DNA of 63,676 nucleotides, counting the filler, from Chiloscyllium plagiosum (taxonomy: Eukaryota), in NCBI RefSeq assembly GCF_004010195.1. It is 3 parts of one record of this genome, joined end to end, with 100 filler letters (N's around TTAATTAATTAA, not from the genome) between each part and the next. Parts side by side here need not be neighbours in the genome. Positions count along the whole stretch, not along the records: positions 1 to 27,333 come from NC_057710.1; 2 more parts are not named here. One strand, written 5' to 3'. Numbering within the stretch: position 1 is the first letter of the stretch; the number at the start of each line of letters is the position of its first letter. A program made the translations under genes and the position numbers. The notes under the pieces were generated by a model that was not told the origin of the DNA, made no database searches, and worked only from the letters and a program-made list of their open reading frames with translations. Shown in pieces: positions 1 to 11,670 of the stretch.

Positions 1-325
1 CTCTTACCCACTGGGGCGTACACATTAATCAGTCTCAGGGGAGCATTCCTGTACCTGACGTCGGTGACGAGGAGGCGCCCGCCCACCACCTCCTTAACCT
101 CGGAGATGGTGAAGTTGCCTCCGCTCAACAGGATACCCAGGCCGGAAGCGCGGCTATTGTTGCCCCCCGACCAAACTGACGGCCCATGGGCCCACAAGCT
201 CAACCATCTCCTGTAGCTGCTGAGGTGCAGTATCCCACACTCCTGCAGGAACAGGACGTCGGCTTTCACGTTGGCCAGGAAGGCCATCGTAGAAACAAAT
301 CACGTAGCCGATTTGATGCTGTGCA
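1..325 (-). mobile_element. Tx1/L1-clade non-LTR retrotransposon, APE endonuclease N-terminal fragment (continues off the window edge)
   Basis: Minus-strand translation reads ...HSIKSAT*FVSTMAFLANVKADVLFLQECG...WSGGNNSRASGLGILL...GRLLVTDVRYRNAPLRLINVYAP. LQE, GxGIL, GR and NVYAP are APE endonuclease motifs. There is one in-frame TGA. Confidence 0.85.
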
Positions 326-1678
326 GTCCCGGCACTAATTGCCTCAGCACAAGCTCTCCCTGGTGTTGGCACCGAAACATCACCACCTACTGTGAAGAAT
401 ACATTTCTTTATCATGGTGCTACCATTCCTTTCATCACTGATTACTGGGTGGATCTGGAAGGGTTCCTGCTTTGGAGAAGTTTCACAAATGTTTTCCTCA
501 TGCTGAAACCTGAATTTACGATAATCCCTTGCTGACACAAGCCACATTAAAGCATGACGCAAATGCAGTGAAGTTCACCTGGTTGTGGCTCCACCTCCTC
601 AGGGGTCAGTTTACAGTTGCTGCTTAGATGAATGTTTTGCCTCCTTCGACACAGTGGATGCAGCAATACCAGGGACGGCCAAAGGGTGGAATGCTGTGGA
701 GGATCTCATCAGTCAACTGCAGGGAAGGCCCACTAACCCCAGACATTCACCCAGCAATGGTGGGTCTTCCCTTGGAGTGCAGACCGGGGGGGGGGGGTGG
801 GTTTTGACCAATGGGAGCCCAGGCACCTTCCACTCAGCAGCACCATGGAGGAGACTATGACTGAGGCCCAAGATCAAAGGTAGTTGGGGGGGAGGGTGGT
901 ATGGACATGGCAGAAGAGCAAGAGGTGGTTCGCTTTGGGCACCACATGGTCTAATGTGTAGTCCCTAAATCAGGAGCTACCCATAGAAAGTGACAAGGGA
1001 GCTCGCAGCTTTGGTGAAGAGGGGGATCATCCCAGTCGTAGGGAGCTGTGGCCTCAGTTGGAGATGGGGGCGAACAAAAAAACCCACTTTCCGCCCCAGA
1101 ACCCAGTTCTGCTGGAGGCAGGAAGGCAGTGTGAAATCAAACGCCAACATCTGCCTAAATAAACGTCTCTCCAACCTCCAAACGAAAGAACAAGAAACAT
1201 GAACTCTCTCTCCACAGAACTACCATACTGAGTATTTACAGCAGTGTCCTTTATCTGTCGGATTTCCAGCATAAGCAGTGTTTTCCTTCTGAAATTATAC
1301 TCCCATTGGTGAACCACACACCAATTCTTAAAAAAAATATTGGTTTGCACCTACAATCTGAGCTTGAAAAAAACATTGAAGATTCGCATTTATATTCCTC
1401 ACGTTCTGGTATGTTATACAGTTGAAGGAAAATGCGGAGTATCGTTAACACGTCTAGCAACGTCTGTAAATTGGGGAGGGGTAGATGAACACTTGAAGCA
1501 CAATACTTCATCAGAACTGCCTGAAGAAGTTTTCGGATGTTGGCCTCAGATTTCCAGGTAACAACTTTTTAATTCCGTCAGTGAGGTGGACCAGCCTGTG
1601 GGGATTCATTGCAAGCATTTTAGGTGTTGACCAGCTAAAAATACAGAGAGAGAAAGAGCAAGGGGCACTTAACGCAAC

Positions 1679-1735
1679 TTACACCCCTCTCACCCTAGTC
1701 CAACACCGGCATCTCCAAATCATTACACCCCTCTC
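1679..1735 (+). mobile_element. 31-bp PLE terminal fragment with a perfect 13-bp TSD
   Basis: TTACACCCCTCTC occurs at 1679-1691 and 1723-1735 around ACCCTAGTCCAACACCGGCATCTCCAAATCA. The insert resembles the element end at ~14043-14074 and its reverse complement at ~18629-18660. Confidence 0.75.
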
Positions 1736-1898
1736 GGTCTTCAGACACCAAGAAAACACTTTGGGAATGTTTACCTACTCACAATCCTAACAGACACACA
1801 AACGCATTTTAAGATCAATACCCCAACCTCCTGCACCCTCCCCAGCAGATAGCGATAAGTTCACATAGCCCTGGACAGGCAACACACAAACCACTCAC

Positions 1899-1931
1899 CC
1901 AAAAGTTGTCCCGAAACCGTGGCTCTCTCAT
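1899..1931 (-). CDS. pstpip2: First coding exon of an F-BAR PSTPIP-family gene, most likely PSTPIP2 (MREPRFRDNFW); downstream exons not found in the window
   Basis: Minus strand reads ttcatcATG AGA GAG CCA CGG TTT CGG GAC AAC TTT TGG|GTGAGT, with A at -3 and a consensus donor. The 11-codon phase-0 exon ends in F-x-x-N-F-W. From memory, the human PSTPIP2 N-terminus is MTRSLFKGNFW and PSTPIP1 is MMPQLQFKDAFW. It sits in a CpG-rich region near a TSPAN3-family gene. Confidence 0.75.
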
Positions 1932-2670
1932 GATGAAGTTAAATGCCGAGCCTGCACTAACTCTATCCCCAGAACTCCTGTCCTGTCCTGTCCTGCCCTG
2001 GCCTGTCAGCAGGTTCAGGAACACTGCTGTCTTGCAGACGATCTGACTAACATTTGTCTAATTCTCCACCTTTCGGCTGGTTTTAATTCCTTCACCCAAA
2101 AAGGCACACAGACACAATTGGATTCCTCTGGGTCCTAGTGTCTACCCGGGCTGTGCAGGGACGCTTCAGTGCATTGATCTGCGCGGTATTGTTTCTATTT
2201 TGAGTCGGGATGCTTTCTGTTCACTGAAGCGATGAAGGGGCGAGTTCCTGTTTTTGGCAGTCTGTACTCAGGCATTCGCCGTTCCAGAGGCAGAGTGCTG
2301 AGATTGACTAGAATTCACGGGGACAGGTGGTTTGCAGCACCACGCCATCGAATTCCCCTCCAAGATTTAATGTCCAAGAACATTGTGTTCATAGCAGGGC
2401 CTAGCAGATTGAGTATCAATTTATAACTCCGCCCTAAATATTTGGATGAGATTGAGCGAGATTCCAGGCCAGCCACGTCATGGAAAGAAAATTATTTTCT
2501 CCCTGTTGCGATGGGGTATGCTTCCATAGCGATTTCTAGGGTGTGGTCAAGGCAAGGCCTTATTCCTTGGGTGTGGATTTACTGTCGAATCTGCTCTCAC
2601 AACCTGACAGACAGCATATTCCAGATAATGACAATCGTGTGCAATGTTACCTCTCGTTCTTTTGCCAATT
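1932..2670 (-). promoter_or_regulatory. CpG-enriched 5' UTR/promoter of the PSTPIP gene
   Basis: About 20 CpGs by hand count in ~2140-2660, far denser than most unique sequence in the window. GC box CTCCGCCC at ~2427, CACGTCA at ~2474, RUNX-type TGTGGT at ~2542, and a short (CCTGT)n tract at ~1977-2006. Confidence 0.55.
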
Positions 2671-2824
2671 AGCTTCAATCTGTGCCCTCTAGTAATAAAG
2701 ACTTTGTTGATCTCTCAGAATGCCCATTACAAATCTTCTCTGCTGCAAAGCAACTAGCCCACCTTCAGTAAGCTCTCCATGAAAGTGTATTCCCACATTC
2801 CTGACATACTATTTTAATAGTCTG

Positions 2825-3140
2825 TGTGGGTTCGATTCCAGCCTCGGGTGACTGTGTGGAGTTTGCACATTCTCCCTGTGTCTGCGTGGGGTTTCCGCCA
2901 GTTTCTTCAGAAACCAAAAAAAACACTTTGGGAATGTTTACCTACTCACAATCCTAACAGTTTCCAGTTTTGTCCCTCAGTCCAAAGATGTGCAAGTTAG
3001 GGGGATTGGCCAGGCTGGGTGGGTAAGTCATGGGTTCCAGAGATAGGGTAGGGGGTGAGTCTGAATGGGATGCTCTTTGGAGGATCAGTGTAGATTCGAT
3101 GGGCCAAATGGTCTGCTTCCATACTGTAGGGACTCTATGA
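2825..3140 (+). mobile_element. HE1-type V-SINE (5' truncated) carrying a templated 57-bp insertion
   Basis: B-box GGTTCGATTCC, V-domain CTGTGTGGAGTTTGCACATTCTCCCTGTGTCTGCGTGGG and a CR1-like 3' tail. Confidence 0.8.
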
Positions 3141-3959
3141 ATAAATCTCCTCTTTAAACTTTCTGATGCTTTGACATTCTTTCCAGAGTGTAGTACTCAA
3201 AATTGGACATTATGCCTGAGGTAGAAAGGCCATGGATTCAATATTTCCTGTAACAACCTTCTCAACTTGTTCTGTCATTGTGAAAGATTTGTACTTGTAC
3301 ACCTAAAGGTAACTTTCTATCTGCACCCTATTTTTCTCTACTAGCTTATCTGTCAAAATGCATGACTTCACACTTCTCCACATTAAATTTAATCTCCACG
3401 TGTCTGTTCATTGCAATCTCTCTCTTTGAGGTGTGTTACTATCCTGCATATTGTCTCTACGTTTCCAAATTTCATCTCGACTGTAAACTTTGAAATTATG
3501 CTCTCTGTTCCCAAATACGGATTGTTAATAAATACCAGAAAGGGCTGTGGTCCTAACATTGACCACAGGAGTTACAACTGTCGTCTTCATTTGTATCTGA
3601 AAACCTACCTTTCACCATAACTCTTTGCTTAGTCAATTCGGGGTCATACCCAATAACATTAAGCATACAAACACATGGAAAACAAAACATTTATTCAACA
3701 CAAAAAATCAAAGTCTGCGAAAATTAAAATGTTCGCAAAAATTACAAGGTCCACAAAAATGTAAAAGTCCACCTTGCTTGGGAGATTATCAACAGAATCC
3801 GAAACAACTAAACAACTTCCATAACAAGCTCATTCATCTGGAAGTAGGTTATGGTTCGGCTCTCTTGTTCATAAACGCGACACAGGTCATTTATTTGACA
3901 TTTAGGTTTTGCAATTTGGGTGACTTTTCTGTGTGTCTGAAGTTAATAATTAACTTTCC

Positions 3960-4612
3960 GTAGTCATGATAATTTTTTCAAAAATAGTTTGTGAGAGCTT
4001 CTTTGGTGGCTTTTTTTTGTATTTACCTTAGACTATTTTACAACTTAGCAAAATAAAACATTGTGCTTGAAGGTATGTTACAAATCTCAGTTTTGGATTT
4101 TTTAAGCTTGGGAAAACACCCATAGTTTAGAGAGAGCTTTTCTTTCAATTTTGATTTTTTAAAATTCAGTTCTTTGAAGTCCTTTGATAGGAATGGTTGT
4201 GTAGAGCAGTCCACCTGGGAAGGGAAGAATACAGTAAGACTAGTTTACCCTAGAGTACAGAATTAGTGATAGCTGCAAATCAGAAATATTGGGGTAAGTG
4301 CTGAACAGTTTATTTGAAGTTGAGTATCTTTAAGATCAGGTGTGTGTGGAAGAATTCTGAAGAGATTTATTTTCTCCAGTGTAAGTACGAAACAAGGAGT
4401 GTTTTTGGAAACCATACAATGGATGTTTTTATTTTGAAATTTGTAAACAAGTGTTTAGGATTAATAGGTTTTTTTTCTGATTAATAAACTTTCATTTATC
4501 TGCCACATTGCTTACTTATGCTTTACTGAGAGACAATCTTGTTAAAACTAAAACAAAACAAAATATCTATCAAGCCAATAGTTCAGTTTTGCCAGCAGCC
4601 ATCATGAAGACT
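3960..4612 (+). mobile_element. Possible decayed solo-LTR-like element
   Basis: AATAAAC block and 3' motif TCTATCAAGCCAA resemble the end of the element at 22302-23234. No TSD seen. Confidence 0.3.
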
Positions 4613-4804
4613 TAGCAAGTTTGGAAAAATTCCTTCAATGGTTATCATAGGTAGTGAGATCTTATCATGGACTTATTTATACTCTCAGCTTTCCAGGTTT
4701 TTCACCGTTAGCTATTATGCTGCTAATCTATGCTGGAGGAGTCAATACTTTATTGATGACTGTCACCTACTCCAACTCTTCAATCTCAAATTGCAGGCTG
4801 ATAT

Positions 4805-5660
4805 TAGAGTCATGGAGAAGCACAGCATGGAAACAGACCCTTCGTTCCAACTCGTCCCTGCCGACCAGATATCCCAACCCAATCTAGTCCCACCCGCCAG
4901 CACTCAACCTATATCCCTCCTATTTAGATGCCTTTCAAATGTTGCAATCATACTAGCCGCCAAAATTCCTCTGGCAGCACATACCACCCTCTGCATGAAA
5001 AAAGTTACCCCTTAGGTCTCTTTTATATCTTTCCCCTCTCACTGTAAACCTATGCCCTATAGTTCTGGACTCCCCCACTCCAGGGAAGAGACTTTGTCTA
5101 TTTATCCTATCCATGCCCCTCATAATTTTGTAAACCTCTATATGGTCATCCTTCCGCCTCTGACACTCCAGGGAAAACAGCCCCAGCCTATTCAACCTCT
5201 CCCTATAGCTCAAATCCTCCAATGCTGGCAACATCCTTGTAAATCTTTTCTGAACCCTTTCAAGTTTCACAACATCCTTCCAATAGGAAGGAGACCAGAT
5301 TTGCATGCAATATTCCAAAAGTGGTCTAACTAATGTCCTGTACAGCTGCAACATGACCTTCTAACTCCTGTACTCAATACTTTGACCAATAGAGGAAAGC
5401 ATACCGAATGCCTTCTTCACTATCCTATCTACCTATAATCCACTTTCAAGGAACTATGAACCTGCACTCCAAGGTCTCTTTGTTCAGCAACACTCCCCAG
5501 GACCTTACCATTAAGTGTATAAATCCTGCTAAGATTTCCTTTCCAAAAATGCAGCACCTCGCATTTATCTGAATTAAACTCCATCTGCCACTTTTCAGCC
5601 CATTGGCCCATCTGTTCAAGATCCTGTTGTAATCTGAGGTAACCTTCACTGTCCACCACA
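4805..5660 (-). mobile_element. CR1/HER1 LINE 3' fragment (RT C-terminus and tail)
   Basis: ORFs QQDLEQMGQWAEKWQMEFNSDKCEVLHF and LYRTLVRPLLEYCMQIWSP...LERVQKRFTRMLP, followed by a CR1-type tail. Confidence 0.92.
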
Positions 5661-5904
5661 TCTTCTCATGGAATATTTCCTAACCTGTAAAAAGAATTTA
5701 TAGGATCTATCCATAGTCAATGGTATAGTGTTCTGTGACATGATTGCAAAGCTCCTTTGGGCACTTTGTGTGTTACCAGCCTTAGACTCGCTGTGGCTGA
5801 GATGATTGGCATTGCTTCCCACCTTTGATCTGGAACTCCAGATCCTCATAATTGTAATGACAGAATGTGAAGCAGAGGTTTCTTGGGATGCTTGTCACAG
5901 ATCC

Positions 5905-6790
5905 CTGAAGGTGTCAATAGGATGTAAGAATGCGTGTGAGACACTTGCCTTTATCAATCGTGGCATAATTTATATGAGCTGGAAGGTTTTGTTAGCACTG
6001 TACAAGGTTTTGTTGACACTGTTTTGTTGGAGAACTGTACATTACTTTGGTTAGGCCTCAGCTGGAGAACTATGTGCAGTTCTGGTCATTGCACTACAGG
6101 AAGGACGTAAATAGGAAACACTGGAGAAGGTGCAGAGGAGATTCACCAGGTTTTTGCTGAGGATGGAGCAGTTTAGCTATGAAGAGAGACCGAATACGTT
6201 TGTGTTGTTTTTCTTAGAACAGAGAAGGCTGACTGGGGACCTGAGTGAGATGCATAGATTATAAGGGGCATGCACAGGATGGATAGGGTGCAGCTGCTCC
6301 CCTTAGCTGAAAGATCAATAATGAGTTTTTCACCCAAGGGCTTATGAAAATCTGGAATGCACAGCCAGAGAGGGTAGAGATGGGAAACTTCACAAACTTT
6401 GAAAAGGTTGAGCCCTCAAAATGTCATAGCATTCAAAGCTATGTAGCAAGTGCTGGGAAGTGAGATTAGTGTAGGTAGGAGATAGTAAGAGCTGCAAATA
6501 TTCAAGAGTCAGAATGGGTACAATGTTGAGCTGGAAAAAGCACAGCAGGTCAGATAGCATCAGAGCAGGCGGGGAGTCAACATTTCAGGTTGGAACCTTT
6601 CATCAGGATCTTTCATCATGTATTTTCCTGCTCCTCAGATGCTGCCTGACCTGCTGAGCTTTTCCAGCACCACTCTAATCTTGACTCTAATCTTCAGTAT
6701 TCCCAGTACCCACCTCCGCCTTTCGTCATATAGGTAGGTCAGTACTGACTCAGTGAGCCAAAGGACCTCTTCTGTACTGTATGATTCTAT
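5905..6790 (+). mobile_element. Decayed CR1 3' fragment interrupted by a fold-back PLE remnant
   Basis: Degenerate LAFINRGI...LYK...VRPQLE..VQFWS...LEKVQRRFTR motifs; the tail ends near 6790. Confidence 0.8.
6478..6722. mobile_element. Inverted (fold-back) PLE terminal-repeat remnant with a degenerate hammerhead
   Basis: GCTGGAAAAAGCACAGCAGGTCAG is followed by its inverse CTGACCTGCTGAGCTTTTCCAGC. The minus strand has CTGATGA-AAGGTTCCAACCT-GAAA at ~6580-6606. Confidence 0.7.
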
Positions 6791-7094
6791 GACAGCATGG
6801 GAATGGTATCATCATAAAGTCTTAACATTATTTTTGAGGGCTTCATTTTCAAATCACTATGTTGCATCACTTCGCATTGGACCAAAGGTCATGATGTTGC
6901 ATGATGTCCCAGTATCTATGTGACACTTTATAATGACCTGATTTTCTCAATACACCTGGAGTTCTTGAGGTCAAAGATAATTTAGGAGGTAGTGACTGCA
7001 ACATTCTCATCAAACCTAACAGGAACAGCAAACTCCAGCAACTCTTGCACAGTCTCCTGAGGGAGAACAGCAGGTGAAGATCCACCAAGGAGAT

Positions 7095-7155
7095 GAAGAA
7101 CAGTGATGCATGAATGCATCCAGGATATTACTGATGTCTTTTTCACCAGCTCTCC
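7095..7155 (+). mobile_element. Possible decayed PIF/Harbinger transposase remnant
   Basis: Translates MHECIQDITDVFFTSS, reminiscent of the HARBI1-type H-x-C-I-x-x-V-T-D-A-L-F motif. The match is very short. Confidence 0.25.
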
Positions 7156-7394
7156 GTAACTTTCTTCATATGATAATAAGTCAGGCAAGCATCTCAACTT
7201 TGCTTCAATAAAGACATGTTGAACACATTGCTGCATTGTACATACCAAATATGGAGTCAGAAGCCAGCATTGCAAAGCTGTAAGAAAGCATCACTTTAAT
7301 CAGAGACATAGGGATGTGGAGAGCTTTGAGCTGCCACTTAAAAAATAATTAATATAGAAGCAAGCTGCAATTTTAAGAAAATAGTTAACAAAAA

Positions 7395-7674
7395 TTGGAA
7401 GGCAGTTCAGCGTCAACCATATTTGCTGTGGGTTTGGAGTCAGACCAGGTAAGGATGGCAGTTTCCATCCCTAAAGGAAATCAGTGAACCAGTTGGTTTT
7501 TTCCTGACAATATACAATGGATTCACGGTCATCATTGGACTCTTAATTCCAGATTTTTATTGAAATCAAATTCTCCTGTCTGCTGAATGGGGGATTCAAA
7601 CCCAGGTCCACCAGAACATTACCTGGGTCTCTGGATAACAGTCCACCGATAATACCACCAGGCCATTGCCTCCC
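7395..7674 (-). mobile_element. tRNA-derived SINE, second family (distinct from HE1)
   Basis: Minus strand has A-box-like TGGCCTGGTGG and B-box-like GGTTTGAATCC. The body is shared with 8140-8935 and 9790-9965. Confidence 0.7.
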
Positions 7675-8139
7675 TCTGTGAGCAAATGAACCATGGGGAT
7701 AGTCACAAAAATAATGCAATTTTATTAAAGGAACTGCTGAGCTTGTGCATCCAGAATAATGAAGCATCTTGTTACAATGACATGGAGGCTTCCTAAAGTG
7801 GTCATTGTCATGCTTTCAAAAGAAACACTGAGGTATGAGAAATAACCCAGTTGTGTTTTCATGCAGCATTGTGAGTAGAATTCTGCTATGAATTCTGTGA
7901 AGTGTTGGTTTCCCGTATTTGCTGTGCAATGTAGTTGGCAAATGGGAACTTCAAGTTCCATATTTAGTTTCCTTGTTCTCATGACACCTGCTTAGGTTTC
8001 ATGACAAATCAGTGCAAAAAATGAGGCATTCATGATTGCTTAGGGCATAATGTATCATCTGCATCCTTGGAAAATTAATGATCTACTAATTAATTGTGAA
8101 TTGAAGCCAACGTTATTTAATCTGAGGAAGGGTTAGTGT

Positions 8140-8935
8140 AAAATTATTGTTAATTGGTGAGTAATCCAGTGACGCAAGCTTATGTTCTGGGGCATAAATT
8201 CATACTCTGCATGGTAGATGGTAAGTTTTGAATTTACTTCATGAAATCTAGAAATTAAAGCTAATCTAATATTGATCACCGATGTCCTTAGGGAAGGAAA
8301 TGTATCATACTTACCTTGCCTGGCCTAAATGTGACTCCAGCGCCATGGAAAAATGGTAGACTCTTACCTGCCCTTTGAAATGCAAGCTGTAAGACCATAA
8401 GAAATATGAGCAGGAGTTGGCCATTTGGCCTCTCTAATCTTTCAGCCATTCAATAGGATCATGATCCAACATTCCTCAGGCCCACTTACTTGCCCTCTCC
8501 CGTAACATTTTATTCCTCTCCTCATCAAGAATCTATCTATTCAGCCTTAAATATTCACAAGGACTCTACCCCATAGCTTTTTGTGGCAAGGATTTCCAAA
8601 GACACACCACATTCTGTGAGAAGAAATTCTTCCTCATCAATCTTAAATTAGCACCTCTTTATTCTGAGATGATACCCTCTGGACCTACACTCTCCCATGA
8701 GGGGAAACATCCTCTCAGCATTTTATCCTGTGAAGCTCCTTAAGAATCCTCCATGTCTCAATGAGATCCCCACTCATTCTTCTAACTTCCCCTGAGTAAA
8801 GTCCTAACCTGTTTAACTTTTGTTCATAAGACAATCCCTCCATACCAGGATCATCCCATTCAGTTCAAAGGTCATTAGGGATGGGCAATAAATGCTAGCT
8901 TAGCCAGTGATCCCCACAGTCCATGAAATAATTTT
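8140..8935 (+). mobile_element. Second-family SINE split by a minus-strand CR1 3' fragment (~8390-8860)
   Basis: SINE body TTAGGGAAGGAAAT...GTGACTCCAG at 8288-8340; the tail AGGGATGGGCAATAAATGCTAGC resumes at ~8877. Confidence 0.6.
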
Positions 8936-9329
8936 TTTAAATTGCAATTGTCACTAGGCCGGCCTCAAAATCCAAGATTTTCACTCTGCCCCCAAAGAAG
9001 GAAACAGTAACTTACTTTTCTCACTTTGCACCTAGCCACAACCATTTTGTGCAGTTGACATGTGACCTGACATTAGAATTAAAATTAGATTTATTGTCAC
9101 ACATACTCAAGTCTAAGAATACAGAAGTACAGTGGAAAGTGTATAATGTCACCATTCATCAGTGCTATCTTGGTTACAAAATCATAATTAAAGAAAACAA
9201 CAAAACAACAGTAGTTAAAGAGTAAAACCAACAGCAGAAATAACAGAAAAAGAATTGAAATGAAAGAAAATCATTCAAACCTTAAAGTCTAAAAAACCTT
9301 AAAGGCATGGCAAGATTCTAACTCTGTTT

Positions 9330-9522
9330 CAGTGTGAGTGACTCCACACAATCCAAAGATGTACTGGTCAGGTGAACTGGCCAGTTAAATTGCCCCTATA
9401 TTAGATGCATTAGTCAGGGGTAAATATAAGGTAAGGGAATGGGGCTGGGTATGTTGCTCTTTGAAGGGTCGGTGTGGACTTGTTGGGCCAAATGGCCTGT
9501 TTTCTCACTGAAAGTAATCTAA
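9330..9522 (+). mobile_element. HE1 SINE 3' fragment
   Basis: TCCAAAGATGT...GGTCAGGTGAACTGGCC...GGTCGGTGTGGACTTGTTGGGCC...GTAATCTAA matches the other HE1 copies. Confidence 0.75.
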
Positions 9523-10309
9523 TATAAAACTTTTGATCTGCACCATACCCGCCCCCTCATTCTCCAAGCCCCCTTTTGTGTTGCTGTTCCTGAGTTCCTG
9601 ATTAACTTTCTGCCTCTGCCCATGTTGCTCGAGTCCCTTTGCATAGTAATGAATGTGCCCACTTTACCCCCACATTGGAAATTCCCATGCCCATGTTGGT
9701 GCTGTGCCCTCCCAAGAGGCCAGAGTTACTATAACCTGTTCAATGTCCCCTACCAGAGCTCCAAGTCCCCTCCCATTCACTGTGGAGCATAATGGTGACC
9801 GTGAAACAATTACTGATTGTTGGAAAAACCCATCTGGTTCACCAATGTCCTTTACCTGGTCTGATCCACATGTGACTCCAGACCCACAGCAATGTGGTTG
9901 TCACTTAACAATTGGCGATGGGTATTAAATGTTGTCTCACAGTGAGATCCATGAATGAATAAAAAGAATGCAAGCCACCTAAATCTGGAAGTCTGTAACT
10001 GAGTACTACACATATGTGTCAGTGACAGCATAAAAGTAGCCTATGTAGGTGCATGAGATGACAGGCTGTCCCTACGCACAAAGCTACTGGGCAGAAACTT
10101 GCAAATCATAGATGTTCCTAAGCACTAAAGTCCAATGTTGAAGGGATGAAGTGGTGTTTAACTTGATCAGGCACAGTGAAGTGATGAGGTTAGTAGTTTG
10201 TCAATGCCAACTTGTGTGGATGAAGTGTCAAAGAGGCTGGTGACCATGAGCACACTGTTTTGAAGAAACAGTGGTATGAAGGTCAGAACAAGCATTTATT
10301 GAGCTGCAG

Positions 10310-11670
10310 CAAGATACAGGAGAAAAATTAGGCCATTTGATTCATTGAGACTGCTGCACCATTTAATCATGGCTGATATGTTTTTCAACACCAAGCTTCT
10401 GCCTTCTCTACATAATCATTACTACTCAAGAACATGTCTATTTCTGTCTTAAATACACCCAGTGGTTTGACCTCCACAACCCTCAACAATGAGATCCACA
10501 TGTTAACCACCTTCTGCCTGAAGAAATTCCTCTTTATCTGAATTCTGAAGGGTCATCCCTTCACTCTGAGACTGTGTCCTTGGGTCCTAGTCTCTGCTAC
10601 TAGTGGAAACATCTTTTCCATATCCACTTTATCTAACCCTCTCAGTGCTTTGTAAGTTTCAATCAGATTTCCTGCTCTTCATTCTAAACTCCATTGAGTA
10701 CAGATCCAGAGTCGTCAACCACTCCTCATATGACAAGCCCTTCATCCCAGGATCATTCTTGTCAACCTCCTCTGGACCCCCACGAATGCCAGCATATCCT
10801 TCCATACAGGGCCCAAAACTGCTCACAATATTCCAAATGTCATCTGACCAGAAGCCTTATACAGCACATCTCTGCTCTTGTATGCCAGCCCTCTTGAAAC
10901 AAATGCCAACATTGCATTTATCTCCCTAACTATCAACCAGGTATTCACTCTGATTTATGCTTTATAGAGTCATACAGCACGAAAACAGACTCTCCAGTCC
11001 AGCCAGGCCTTGCTGACCATAATCCTAAACCAAACTAGTCCCACCTATCTGTTCCTGGCGCTGATCCCACCAAACCTGTCCTATTCATGTATGTATTGAA
11101 GTGTCTTTTAAAGGTTCCAACTGTGCCCACACCCACCACTTCCTCAGGAAGTTCATTCCATATGCGAACCATGCTCTGTGTAAAAAATTTGGCCCTCATG
11201 TCTTTTCTAAATCTCTCTCCTCTTACCTTAAAAATGTCAGCTAGTCTTGAAATACCCCCATCCTACGGAAAAGACAACTACCAATAACCCTATCTATACC
11301 CCTCATGATTCAGAAAACCTCTGTACGGTCACATCTCAACCTCCTGTGCACCAGTGAAGAAATAAAATCCCAGTCTATCTAGCCTTTCTTTATAACTCGA
11401 ACCTTTCACCCTGTTAAATCTCTTCTGAACCCTCTCTAGCTTAATAATATCCTTCCTGTAACTGGGCAATCAGAACTGGACACAATACTCCAGAAGAGGC
11501 CTTGCCAATGTCCTGTGTAATCTCACATGAAATCCCAACTCTTCTTCTCAAAAGACTGAGCAATAACGGGAAGCTTGCTCAATGCCTTTTTAACCATTAT
11601 GTTTATATGTGATGCAAACTTCAAAAAGACGATGTGCCTGAACCCCTCATTTCCTCTATTCTACGACACT
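10310..11670 (-). mobile_element. Two adjacent decayed CR1 3' fragments (~10310-10935 and ~10965-11670)
   Basis: Reverse-complement CR1 tails and RT C-terminal motifs, e.g. CAGAACTGGACACAATACTCCAG (= LEYCVQF). Confidence 0.8.

Noticed and set aside
1422..1557. Possible plus-strand exon (tacag|TTG...CAG|gtaac)
   Set aside because: The translation resembles neither a tetraspanin N-terminus nor any family I recognise, and it lies antisense within pstpip2 intron 1.
3625..3963. 112-aa ORF, or a minus-strand 3' UTR with AATAAA (possible ATP5F1A end, given human synteny)
   Set aside because: No ATP synthase alpha coding exon is recognisable in the window, and the ORF has no motif.
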